Below are positions 12,091 to 21,431 of a stretch of 64,000 bases of DNA, piece after piece. The stretch is from Candidatus Zixiibacteriota bacterium (GTDB taxonomy: Bacteria; Zixibacteria; MSB-5A5; GN15; JAAZOE01): assembly GCA_043819555.1 (NCBI GenBank), contig JBDREQ010000009.1, forward strand, positions 99,006 through 163,005. The letters run 5' to 3'. The number at the start of each line of letters is the position of its first letter. Position 1 is the first letter of the stretch. The notes under the pieces were generated by a model. The model saw nothing but the letters and a program-made list of their open reading frames with translations. It was not told where the DNA came from and did not search any database. The position numbers and the translations under genes are program-made.

Positions 12091-13095
12091 TTAAATCAGA
12101 AACCGCTTAAGTACCGCATCTCCGATAATCGCCATAAATAGGCCGAACAGATAAATCAATGAAAATTTGAATATTCCCCAATATGCTTCACTGCTTTTAT
12201 ACCGCCAGGCTTTGATAATCTTAATAGCGAAGATTACGCCCAGACCTACCGCACTCACGCCGAATAACCACCCGCCCCAAAATACAAATAATAAGCCGCT
12301 GGTCATAAACAGTAACGAGGCGTGAATTGAAATCTGAGTGAGAGCCGAAACTTCGCCTTTGACATTCGGGAGCATCGGCAGTTTTACTTTATCATAATCA
12401 TCGCGAAATTTCAGCGCCAGAGCCCAAAAATGCGGAGGCGTCCAGAAAAAAATTATCAAAAACATCAACCAGCAGACAAGCGACGTTTCCCCCGTCGCCG
12501 CGGCCCAGGCTCCGATCGGAGCCATCGCGCCGGCAATTCCGCCGATTACTATATTCTGAGATGTATTCGGTTTGAGCCAGAGAGTATAAAAAAGGCTATA
12601 GAATAAAATCGTCGCAAGAGATAATCCAGCCGTTAAGATATTAAATGTCACGGCTAGTAGCGCTACACCCGAAGTGCCCAGTATTATTGAAAACAGCACA
12701 GCTGACCATGGACTGATTTTTCCCATTGGAAGGGGACGCCGACTGCTCGTCCGTAACATTCGCTTATCAATATCACGCTCAAAATACTGGTTAAAAGCGT
12801 TTGCCGCTCCGCCTGTCATATACAGGCCCAACAAAAACAGTAAAAATTTAAGCGGCTGATTTACAAGATTACCTTCAACTATCAACGCTGCCGCCCCGGT
12901 AAATAAAACCATGAACATTATCGCAGGCTTGGTCAATAGTATTAAATACCCTAGAGTTCGAACAGATTGACTGAATCCGGCTAACCGTTGGGATGCAAAT
13001 CCAGTACCGGCCACTTCTGCGATTCTGACATTTGAAATCGGAGCTGTTAAAGAAATATCCCTAATTTTACCCCTGCCTATTGTGGATTCATTCAT
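12091..13095 (-). CDS. ctaB: Protoheme IX farnesyltransferase (heme O synthase)
   Basis: LTKP, NQYFERDIDKRMLRT..RPLP, YTLWLK, NIVIGGIAGA and WTPPHFWALA. Confidence 0.95.
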   Translation of the reverse strand: MNESTIGRGKIRDISLTAPISNVRIAEVAGTGFASQRLAGFSQSVRTLGYLILLTKPAIMFMVLFTGAAALIVEGNLVNQPLKFLLFLLGLYMTGGAANAFNQYFERDIDKRMLRTSSRRPLPMGKISPWSAVLFSIILGTSGVALLAVTFNILTAGLSLATILFYSLFYTLWLKPNTSQNIVIGGIAGAMAPIGAWAAATGETSLVCWLMFLIIFFWTPPHFWALALKFRDDYDKVKLPMLPNVKGEVSALTQISIHASLLFMTSGLLFVFWGGWLFGVSAVGLGVIFAIKIIKAWRYKSSEAYWGIFKFSLIYLFGLFMAIIGDAVLKRFLI

Positions 13096-13332
13096 TGCCG
13101 CATCTCATTTCATAGAATTCAAAGACCACATTAAACGTATTTACGATTGCGCCCTGCAATTATTTGATCATTTCTGGCCAAAACCATAGAACATGGACAA
13201 TTGTTCCCCCTATTCAGACACCGGGAAGCAATAAATTGCATCAATGATTTAAATTTTTATCATAAAATCCCATAAGAATATAAGAATATGCAACCATTCA
13301 GGGCAAGGCGTTTAATCGGACATTTATAAAAT

Positions 13333-13365
13333 AAAAATACCCGGGGAACTGGGGATTCCCCGGGT
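13333..13365 (-). terminator. Intrinsic terminator of the 13408-13773 gene
   Basis: Perfect 10-bp stem ACCCGGGGAA/TTCCCCGGGT, followed on the minus strand by a T-run. Confidence 0.75.
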
Positions 13366-13407
13366 GAGGCAAAGGTATATATAGCGTAAACAGGATTTTT
13401 ATTCAGG

Positions 13408-13773
13408 CTATTCCGTCTTTTGCTCCGGATGGTCCTGCATATGCTTTTTTCTGAGCGAACCGGCTACAAAGTAGTAAATCAAAAGTCCGGCCCCGGCCGC
13501 GACCAATATTACTCCAAAAATCATTTCGGGTTCTACATAACCGGGGAAAACCTGAATTACTAAAAGGCTTAGACCCACCAGTATGAAAACCAATCCCCAC
13601 TTCAAGGAAGTTGGAGTGTATTTTTCATAATTGTTGAAATTTAAGAACTTAACCTTTTCATCAACCATCCCTCGATTAATAAGTTTTGATTTCAACAGGT
13701 ACTCAAGCCAGCATTTTAGCATAAACGCGAACACTCCGAATATTACGGGGACAATAATTATTTCTGTATCCAT
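13408..13773 (-). CDS. Small membrane protein, DUF6249-like, divergent from the ECF sigma gene
   Basis: Three hydrophobic segments with LINRG, SLKWGLV and GAGLLIYY. This arrangement is typical of ECF-associated membrane proteins. Confidence 0.65.
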   Translation of the reverse strand: MDTEIIIVPVIFGVFAFMLKCWLEYLLKSKLINRGMVDEKVKFLNFNNYEKYTPTSLKWGLVFILVGLSLLVIQVFPGYVEPEMIFGVILVAAGAGLLIYYFVAGSLRKKHMQDHPEQKTE

Positions 13774-13813
13774 TGGTTTCTCCTTTACATTTAATTTTGT
13801 TTTCTAACCATCA

Positions 13814-13888
13814 GACCGAGATCCGCCGCAATTGTTGCAATTTTTTTTATCTTCATATTTCCTGCAACTTTTACTTATTTGTTCTGTC
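13814..13888. promoter_or_regulatory. Two divergent ECF-type promoters, TGCAAC-N16-(G/T)GTC
   Basis: Plus strand: TGCAAC at 13863-13868, 16 nt, TGTC at 13885-13888. Minus strand: TGCAAC at 13839-13834, 16 nt, GGTC at 13817-13814. Confidence 0.7.
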
Positions 13889-13905
13889 AAATAGGGTGGC
13901 GATAT

Positions 13906-14472
13906 ATGATTGACTCAAAAAGGCTGGTTCATAAGATTTTGGCTGGAAACAAATCGGCCTTCCGTGATTTGATAAATCAATACCAACGCCTTGTCAGTCA
14001 TATAGTTTATCGAATGATAAAACGGGAGACGGACCAGGAAGATATTTGTCAGGAGGTCTTTATTAAAGTGTATCAGAATCTTGGAAATTTCCGCTTCGAT
14101 TGCAAACTCTCGACCTGGATAGCCAGAATCTCCTACACTACCTGTCTGAATTTTCTGGAAAAGAAAAAACTTCCGTTTTATGAAGATTTGGGAGATGAGG
14201 GCAGTTCGTTTGAACCGGCTGACAGCCAAGTCAAAAGGCCTGATTATCAGTTTGCTCAAAAGGATATTTCTTCTATATTAAAGCAGGAAATTGAAAATAT
14301 CCCGCCGGTTTATCAGACGATTGTGACTTTATATCATATTGATGAAATGAGTTACACCGAAATCGCCGATATAATGAAAATGCCGGAAGGAACCGTAAAA
14401 AGTTATCTTTTTCGAGCCCGGCGCATGTTAAAAGATAAATTGCTGACAAAATATAATCGGGAGGAATTGTGA
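13906..14472 (+). CDS. ECF RNA polymerase sigma-70 factor (SigW/RpoE-like)
   Basis: EDICQEVFIKVY, STWIARI (region 2) and MSYTEIADIMKMPEGTVKSYLFRAR (region 4). Confidence 0.93.
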   Translation: MIDSKRLVHKILAGNKSAFRDLINQYQRLVSHIVYRMIKRETDQEDICQEVFIKVYQNLGNFRFDCKLSTWIARISYTTCLNFLEKKKLPFYEDLGDEGSSFEPADSQVKRPDYQFAQKDISSILKQEIENIPPVYQTIVTLYHIDEMSYTEIADIMKMPEGTVKSYLFRARRMLKDKLLTKYNREEL

Positions 14473-15008
14473 ACCGAGACCATTTGACAGATGAGCAAAT
14501 ACAGGGATTTCTTGATCGAAGCATAATCCTGGACGACGAAACCGCCTTCCACCTGAACACCTGCCCCCAATGCCAGCAGGTTTTATCAGACTATAAGGCT
14601 GTTATTGCCGGACTGTCCGAAGAACCCGAAATGGCTCTTTCCGCCAGTTTTGCCGATTCTGTCATCGAAAAGATTCCCGAATTGAATCAATTTGAAAGCG
14701 AAGAAAAATCAAAATTCTTTATTTTTGGAGAAAAAGCTATCGCGGCGGTTTTTGCCGTCGTTGTCATCGCGGCAGCAATTTACTTTATCAACTTCGAACA
14801 AATTTTCGCTAATCTGGCGAACTCGTTTGCGGCCTCGGAGACCACTTCCAGTTCATCATTGACCTGGTTCGAAAGTAAATTATCGGAATTCGGCAAATTC
14901 CCCCTATTGGCGCTGTTCACGTTCCTGACTTTTGCCCTCATAGCGGGAATCGACAGCTTTGTTAAACATCAACGAAAACAATCCAGTTTGAGAATTTTCA
15001 GCGTATAA
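14469..15008 (+). CDS. Zinc-binding transmembrane anti-sigma factor
   Basis: HLNTCPQC (HxxxCxxC ZAS motif) and two TM segments. Overlaps the sigma stop codon. Confidence 0.85.
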   Translation: MNRDHLTDEQIQGFLDRSIILDDETAFHLNTCPQCQQVLSDYKAVIAGLSEEPEMALSASFADSVIEKIPELNQFESEEKSKFFIFGEKAIAAVFAVVVIAAAIYFINFEQIFANLANSFAASETTSSSSLTWFESKLSEFGKFPLLALFTFLTFALIAGIDSFVKHQRKQSSLRIFSV

Positions 15009-15031
15009 TTTTTATAAAGATTTCTATGAAG

Positions 15032-15065
15032 AAAAGGCGAGTCGATTTCAGATTCGCCTTTTTTT
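15032..15065. terminator. Bidirectional intrinsic terminator
   Basis: AAAAGGCGAGTC-loop-GATTCGCCTTTTTTT between convergent genes. Confidence 0.75.
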
Positions 15066-15211
15066 GTATATATTCTATGGTAGACATCAATATTAGGTAG
15101 AGTCGAAACAAGATACACGGATTAAATTTATGGTTGTCATTTGAATTCCCCAAATTCTCTAATTGTGTTTGATTGCTTTTCCCCTGGTGCGTGAAATTGG
15201 TATAGATTATT

Positions 15212-17815
15212 CTATAAACATGCGCATGGATCAGGTCCGCCGGAATATACAAAATTCTTCAAATATACCGCATCTCCAATATTTACAATCCCGTCGCAAT
15301 TGGCGTCACCTGCTATTACCGGATCGGGAGGAGGACCATGTTTGAAGATGTGATTGATTAAATAAACTACATCTCCCGCGTTCACTAAACCATCGCCATT
15401 GGCATCTCCGCAGATGTAATACTGGTCTATCCCATGTTCGTACCAGATATCCTGCATCTCCGGCCTACTGCCGTGCGAAGGAGACTTGAACCACCCCAGC
15501 CAGAAATCATATATTCTATCAGGTTTGTGGCCGCTGACGGTTCGATTGACCAGAACATCAAGTATGTTATTCGGAGCATCGCTTAGAGCATCCCCAATAC
15601 CATCAGGATTATATAGATTTGGCGGCGGTAAAGGCGGCCAGAGATAGGTACTGTAATCATCATCAATATTATCGTAGATATCCCATAAAATACTCGCCAC
15701 CGAACCTTCACATTCCGCTCCATAGTTGTTGGCTGAATAATATGTAAGACCATCAACGCCGGTCTCACCATTTTCAGTATTGCGCCAATACATACCGCTA
15801 AAATTGTAATTATAGTTACGCCACTCCGGATTGTTCATCAGCATATTTGGAAAGAATGTTGCAAAACCTTCCATCGCCGCCATTGCTGGCCCGATAATTT
15901 CATTCCATTCATGTGGTCCACCGGAGGAATTGTCGAAAAAATATAAGTTGTGTTCAAGCCAGTGTGCATATTCATGGTACATGACCGATTTATCGTATGT
16001 ATCGGGCCTGTATAAAGGATCGTCTCTGATCCCTTCAATATAGACATAGTCATCTTCCGAATTATAATGACTGCCAACGCCGTCGTCCGTATAAACCACC
16101 TGGACAATATCGGGAGGGTATTGGCTTGTCCAATTGTACCAAGTATCAGATGCAGTCAAAATCGCATTAGCTATAAAAAATGGTCCGCTGGATCCAATAT
16201 CGGCAACAATAGTTGTGTCATATTCTCCGCTAACAATGTCATCCACTGTCGGCGTTTGAATCATGTGAATATCTCCGTCGTAATCTTCAGTCACATAACA
16301 GGCATCATTTTCGGCATATATGCGAAAGAAAATATCAAGACCTTTATAGATATCATCATTCTCAACTGGTCCTAATTCAAAATAACCAAATTCATCTGTT
16401 GTCGTACTTGCCAGTAAATCATCGCCCGCAATATCTTCATCCCACATCTCTATTGTAACATTGCGCATCGAATCTTGTGTCGTAGTCGGCGGAACGGGGT
16501 CCTGATAATAAAGATAGCCCGTATAAGTTATCGAATTCGAAACTGTAAACCAATACGGGCCGTCCCATAAAGGGAAATAAACATCATTACCTAAATTGTA
16601 ACTCCAAATCCATCCATGACCTCCGAACTTCGAAGAATCCAAGCATATAGTTTTTCCTTCTGAATAACTGTCAAATGGGCCTATGGTGATTGAAAATGAG
16701 ACTTCATCAAAATGGGCGGGCATTCCGGTCCCAGCGGTGTCAGCGTAAGCCAAATATGTTGCAGTATCGGTCCCTAATCCGTCCGCTCCAAAAAGCCTAA
16801 CAGTAAAGGCCTTATTAAACATATCTTTCCAGCCAAGATTGAGCGTATCGGCTGAAAAATTTTGCCAATCAGCTCCATCCGGGGAATACACCTTAAAACC
16901 ATTTGTTGGCCCATCCATAATATGTTCAGTGGGATTGTTTACTCGAAGGTAAAATGTTATTATCTCACCGGTCGGAAGAATGCCCGGCGTCGTTTCGCCA
17001 TCGACATATTCAAGAGATATCCCCGGAAAGGAGTTATTGATACTGCTTTCCTGATTTTCTAAGCTGCCGTTTTGTTCCTCCAATTTCAAGGAATCCTTTA
17101 ATGGTTGTTCTTCCGATTTTTTTCTAACTTCATCGAGTTCAATCCCAAATTCATGCAATTTTAGCACATTATCAAGTGTCATTTTCATTATATAAGTGCC
17201 CATTCTGTGTGGAATCTGGCAGGAATCCGGAATATGGCCAAGCAATTGCTCCGCATATTGAAAATGTGACTCATCCCGTAAATCTATCGCGATTTCATAT
17301 TCCTTCTGAAGTTGTTCCTGGGTCAAAGTATCTCGATTGGGATCGCTTGATTTAGAATTATTTTTGGAAGGCTTAGGATCGAAATTGGCCAGAAACTGAA
17401 CCTCATCACCGGTCGTTATTATATCTCTGAATATTGGATATCCAATCATACCACATCCCAATAAAATGCACAATTCAGTAGTATCATTGTCCTGTACCGT
17501 TACCTGAAATGCAGTTGAATACGAATGATCTTTATCAAATTGAACCGGCCATGTATTGACGGTTAGAGTATCCCGCTTCCGATATGTCAGGGTAATAACT
17601 GTCACGTAACCGGTATCACCGCAAAAATAATATTTGGGTGTTAGACCGTATGTCAGATTTAGAGTTAATGGAGCATTTTTTTCCATTTCCCCAGCCGGTT
17701 CAAGCGATATATCAAATGGATGCGGCGGTGTCGAATCAGAATAACAGACATTCCCCACAGCCGCCAATATCAAAAATATTACCACCGATAACAACGTTTT
17801 CCTATAACGTCGCAT
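15212..17815 (-). CDS. Secreted multidomain zinc metalloprotease-like protein with C-terminal type I dockerin
   Basis: Signal peptide; transthyretin-like segment (EMWDEDIAGDDLLASTTTDEFGYF); HEYAH with downstream EGFA; duplicated Ca-binding loops DANGDGLVNAGD and DANCDGIVNIGD. Confidence 0.75.
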   Translation of the reverse strand: MRRYRKTLLSVVIFLILAAVGNVCYSDSTPPHPFDISLEPAGEMEKNAPLTLNLTYGLTPKYYFCGDTGYVTVITLTYRKRDTLTVNTWPVQFDKDHSYSTAFQVTVQDNDTTELCILLGCGMIGYPIFRDIITTGDEVQFLANFDPKPSKNNSKSSDPNRDTLTQEQLQKEYEIAIDLRDESHFQYAEQLLGHIPDSCQIPHRMGTYIMKMTLDNVLKLHEFGIELDEVRKKSEEQPLKDSLKLEEQNGSLENQESSINNSFPGISLEYVDGETTPGILPTGEIITFYLRVNNPTEHIMDGPTNGFKVYSPDGADWQNFSADTLNLGWKDMFNKAFTVRLFGADGLGTDTATYLAYADTAGTGMPAHFDEVSFSITIGPFDSYSEGKTICLDSSKFGGHGWIWSYNLGNDVYFPLWDGPYWFTVSNSITYTGYLYYQDPVPPTTTQDSMRNVTIEMWDEDIAGDDLLASTTTDEFGYFELGPVENDDIYKGLDIFFRIYAENDACYVTEDYDGDIHMIQTPTVDDIVSGEYDTTIVADIGSSGPFFIANAILTASDTWYNWTSQYPPDIVQVVYTDDGVGSHYNSEDDYVYIEGIRDDPLYRPDTYDKSVMYHEYAHWLEHNLYFFDNSSGGPHEWNEIIGPAMAAMEGFATFFPNMLMNNPEWRNYNYNFSGMYWRNTENGETGVDGLTYYSANNYGAECEGSVASILWDIYDNIDDDYSTYLWPPLPPPNLYNPDGIGDALSDAPNNILDVLVNRTVSGHKPDRIYDFWLGWFKSPSHGSRPEMQDIWYEHGIDQYYICGDANGDGLVNAGDVVYLINHIFKHGPPPDPVIAGDANCDGIVNIGDAVYLKNFVYSGGPDPCACL

Positions 17816-17847
17816 AGTCTTTCTCCTTTCCGTTTTTTGTTAACTAG

Positions 17848-17935
17848 GTCATTGCGAGCGAGTGAAACGAGTGCGGCAATCTATTGCCCAATAATTAGAG
17901 ATCGCCGCGTCGGCCTTCGGCCTCCTCGCGATGAC
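17848..17935. repeat. Palindromic intergenic element (GTCATTGCGAG...GCAATC / GAGATCGCC...CTCGCGATGAC type)
   Basis: Terminal inverted repeat GTCATTGCGAG/CTCGCGATGAC with internal hairpins. GC-rich in an AT-rich intergenic region. Confidence 0.75.
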
Positions 17936-18237
17936 GGAATCTGTTAATTGTGTAAATCAACACGAATTTGACGGATGAAGTCGATTGGGCCTCATCCCTA
18001 TTATTTCACCTCCTCTCCTATTTAAATGCCTTATTCTTTTTACACCCTCAATCCCAATATCCTCTGAAGTATTTGCTTCCCCGTGCTGAAAATATTGTAT
18101 TTTGTGAATTCATGTTTCCCCACAATCCCCTCACACAGCAGAATTGATATGTTTATTGACTTCCCTCAAAATAAAGACGCAAAGACGGTATGATTTGTCA
18201 AATAATATAATTGAAATTGGGGAAAATTAATTGTATT

Positions 18238-18266
18238 GTGGACGGCAGACGTCCTCGCCTGCCGCC
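18238..18266 (+). repeat. REP-like hairpin
   Basis: GTGG tetranucleotide followed by GGCAGACG-TCCT-CGCCTGCC. A related copy is at 26137-26164. Confidence 0.6.
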
Positions 18267-18293
18267 TTCTTATTATAAATCTATTATACTAGT

Positions 18294-21200
18294 CTACGCT
18301 TCGATTTTTTCCTCTTCCGGAATTTCAGCAGCCTGCCAGCGATAAACTCTAAACAGCTGCCGGAATCTGCCGTGGGCCAAATCATCTATAAACGTATAAA
18401 CCACCGGAATCACAATCAACGTCAGAACCGTCGATGAAATCATTCCGCCGATAACCGCGCGCGCAATCGGCGCCCGGAACTCGGCGCCCGAACCGATGGC
18501 CAATGCCAATGGCAACACACCACCAATTGTTGACAGGGCCGTCATCATAATCGGGCGGAACCGGATCTGACCGGCATGAAGCAGCGCTAAATTTCTCTCT
18601 TCGCCCTGCTCGCGTCTCTGTTTGGTAAAATCAATCAGCAAAATAGCGTTTTTGGTCACCAGTCCCATAAGCAGCACAATTCCAATCAGCGACATGATCG
18701 AAAAGGCGGTATTAAAAATCCAAAGGCTGATCATGGCTCCCACAATCGCCAGCGGTTGCGATACCATAATCGAGAGAGGATCGGAAAAGCTGTTGTACTG
18801 GCTGGCCAGTACTAAATAAATAAAAATAACGGCGAGAACCAGAGCCATCCCGATTTCCTGAAATGATTCTTCCATAAATTCAGCCTCGCCAACAGCCCCT
18901 ATACTGTATCCCGGATCCAATGCAAATGAATCTACCACTATTTGGACATCGGCCCGAATATCTCCTGTCGGACGACCCGATGACCCGCCGGTAACTCGCA
19001 CTTCGCGAACCCGGTCATATCGCTTAATTTCCGATGGTCCGCTCGCTGTTTTAATCTCAGCTATTTGGCTAAGCGGTACACTGTATCTATCACGGCCGAT
19101 TATTTCTTTGGATGAGGGTACCGCCAGCAAAGATAGATTATTTTTATCCCGTCGATATTCTTCGGCCACTTGAAGCCGAATATCATATTCCTCATCATCT
19201 TCTTTGAAGCGGCTGACCTCATCGCCATCAATAAACGTCCGCATCGTCATTGCCACATCAGCGACATTGATACCCAGATCCGAGATCAAGTCGCGATTCA
19301 ATTCGATTTGAAGTTCCGGCTTACCGCTTTCCTCTGAAGATTTCAAATCCACTAATCCGGGAGTATATTTGATTTTCTCCATCAATGCTTCTGCATATTC
19401 ATTCAGCTTTGCCCGATCCGTTCCTCGAATCGAATACATAATTGGCTGTTCCTGCCCGCCGGGGTCCGAAGTTCCCATTGAGGCCGTAAAGAAAAATCCG
19501 GGATAATTTTTTATTTTTTCGCGAATCTCCTCCGTTATTTCCCGAGCGTGCCGTTCGCGTTCGGATTGATCTTTCAATCTCATGGTTATCGCTCCCTGGT
19601 GAACCGGGTTGGAACCGGCTCCGATGGAAGTAAGCAAGCTCGAGACTTCATCGAACTCCATTAGCATCTGTTCGACCGGTTCGATATCCTTGATAGTCGC
19701 TTGCAAATTATTTCCCGGCCGGCCCTGGAACGTCACCGAAATGAGTCCCTCATCCGCCTGCGGCATAAACTCAGAACCGATAACAAACATCGCCATAAAT
19801 ATACTAAACGCGAAAGCTACCCCAGCCATAAGTAAAACCATCCATCGGTGAGAAATCGACCAACGCAGCGCCGGACGATACCATTTCTTTTCCAAAGCAT
19901 CAAAAAACCGGTTCCAACCTCGAAGCCGTTTATATATTCTCGATTTCATCACCTCAACCTGAGGCTTTAGATAAATAGATGACATCATCGGAGTCAGGGT
20001 AAAGGCAATAAATAAGCTGACCAGAATCGCGAATGCGACCGTCATTCCGAACGAATAGAAAAATTGCCCAACGATCCCGCTCATAAACGCCACTGGCAAA
20101 AAAACCACCATAATCGAAAATGTCGTTGCCGATACCGCCAGGCCAATTTCACCAGTTGCCTCCCCGGCCGCTTTCATTGGCTTTTTCCCCATCTCCATAT
20201 GCCGATAAATATTTTCGATTACTACAATGGCATCGTCAATTAATAACCCCACAGCCAGCGACAGACCCAGCAGCGTCATAAAATTGATTGTAAAGCCAAG
20301 CATGCGCATGAGCGTGAAGGTTGCAATAATCGAGGCCGGGATAGCGATCCCGCTTATTATTGTGGCGCGGAAATTTGACAGAAACAAAAAGATGACCAGG
20401 ATCGCCAGCGATCCACCGTAAACTATATTCATCAGGACATCATCAATCGATTCTTCAATAAAAACTGAATCGTCTCGAGCGATAACGATATTCATTCCGG
20501 CCGGCAAATCCTTTTCAATCTCTTTCACTTCTTCTTTGATTTCGCGTGCCACCTCAACTGTATTGGCTCCCGATTGGCGGCGAATATCAAGCCCAACCAG
20601 GGGTGTTCCGTTTAACCTTGAAGTGGATGTCGGCTCGACTTCCGTATCAATTATGTCGGCCACTTCCTCAAGTTTGACATGCCTGCCTTTGGGAGTAAGG
20701 ACAACTAAATTCCGTATTTCCTGAACCGATGTAAAACGACCCATCGTTCGCACGACCCAATCACGGTCGCCGTCAACGACTCGACCGGCCGGCAGTTCCA
20801 GATTGGCCTGGGATAGTTTAAAAGCAATATCCGCAGGCGTCAAATCGAGTGACCGCAACCGATCCGGTTTCAAACGAACCTGGATTTCGCGCAGTGCTCC
20901 ACCGACGATGGCAGCTTCTCCGACACCGGAAACATTTTCCAATCGCGGTCGGATATTGTCATCGACATAATCGGTCAAATCCCGAAGAGGCTGTGAGCCC
21001 GAAATGGCCAATGATATAATCGGCTGGGCTTCAGGATCGAATCTTTGGATTAACGGTTCTTCGATATCATCCGGTAAATCGGGTCGGATATTGGTAATTT
21101 TATCCCGCACGTCCGCCGCCGCATCCAAGGCGTCGGTTTCCAGGGTAAACTGAATCACCGTCAACGAATATCCCTCGTATGAGGTCGATTCAATATGCTT

Positions 21201-21431
21201 GACCCCCGCAATAGTGTTACAAGCATCCTCAACCTTCTTGGTAATATCCAACTCAACGGCTTCGGCGCTGGCCCCTGGATAGACCACAGAAATAACCACA
21301 AACGGGAAGTTCACATCCGGAAACAGATCCACGGACAGGGCCATATATGACGTCACGCCCAGAACCATCAGGGCCAGCGTCATCATAGTCGCGAAGACGG
21401 GGCGCTTAATCGATATATCAGCAAGTATCAT
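18294..21431 (-). CDS. RND efflux permease (AcrB/AcrD/AcrF family)
   Basis: SIKRPVFA, GLLIDDAIVVIENI, GLVTKNAILLIDF and RFRPIMMTA; 1045 aa. Confidence 0.95.
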   Translation of the reverse strand: MILADISIKRPVFATMMTLALMVLGVTSYMALSVDLFPDVNFPFVVISVVYPGASAEAVELDITKKVEDACNTIAGVKHIESTSYEGYSLTVIQFTLETDALDAAADVRDKITNIRPDLPDDIEEPLIQRFDPEAQPIISLAISGSQPLRDLTDYVDDNIRPRLENVSGVGEAAIVGGALREIQVRLKPDRLRSLDLTPADIAFKLSQANLELPAGRVVDGDRDWVVRTMGRFTSVQEIRNLVVLTPKGRHVKLEEVADIIDTEVEPTSTSRLNGTPLVGLDIRRQSGANTVEVAREIKEEVKEIEKDLPAGMNIVIARDDSVFIEESIDDVLMNIVYGGSLAILVIFLFLSNFRATIISGIAIPASIIATFTLMRMLGFTINFMTLLGLSLAVGLLIDDAIVVIENIYRHMEMGKKPMKAAGEATGEIGLAVSATTFSIMVVFLPVAFMSGIVGQFFYSFGMTVAFAILVSLFIAFTLTPMMSSIYLKPQVEVMKSRIYKRLRGWNRFFDALEKKWYRPALRWSISHRWMVLLMAGVAFAFSIFMAMFVIGSEFMPQADEGLISVTFQGRPGNNLQATIKDIEPVEQMLMEFDEVSSLLTSIGAGSNPVHQGAITMRLKDQSERERHAREITEEIREKIKNYPGFFFTASMGTSDPGGQEQPIMYSIRGTDRAKLNEYAEALMEKIKYTPGLVDLKSSEESGKPELQIELNRDLISDLGINVADVAMTMRTFIDGDEVSRFKEDDEEYDIRLQVAEEYRRDKNNLSLLAVPSSKEIIGRDRYSVPLSQIAEIKTASGPSEIKRYDRVREVRVTGGSSGRPTGDIRADVQIVVDSFALDPGYSIGAVGEAEFMEESFQEIGMALVLAVIFIYLVLASQYNSFSDPLSIMVSQPLAIVGAMISLWIFNTAFSIMSLIGIVLLMGLVTKNAILLIDFTKQRREQGEERNLALLHAGQIRFRPIMMTALSTIGGVLPLALAIGSGAEFRAPIARAVIGGMISSTVLTLIVIPVVYTFIDDLAHGRFRQLFRVYRWQAAEIPEEEKIEA

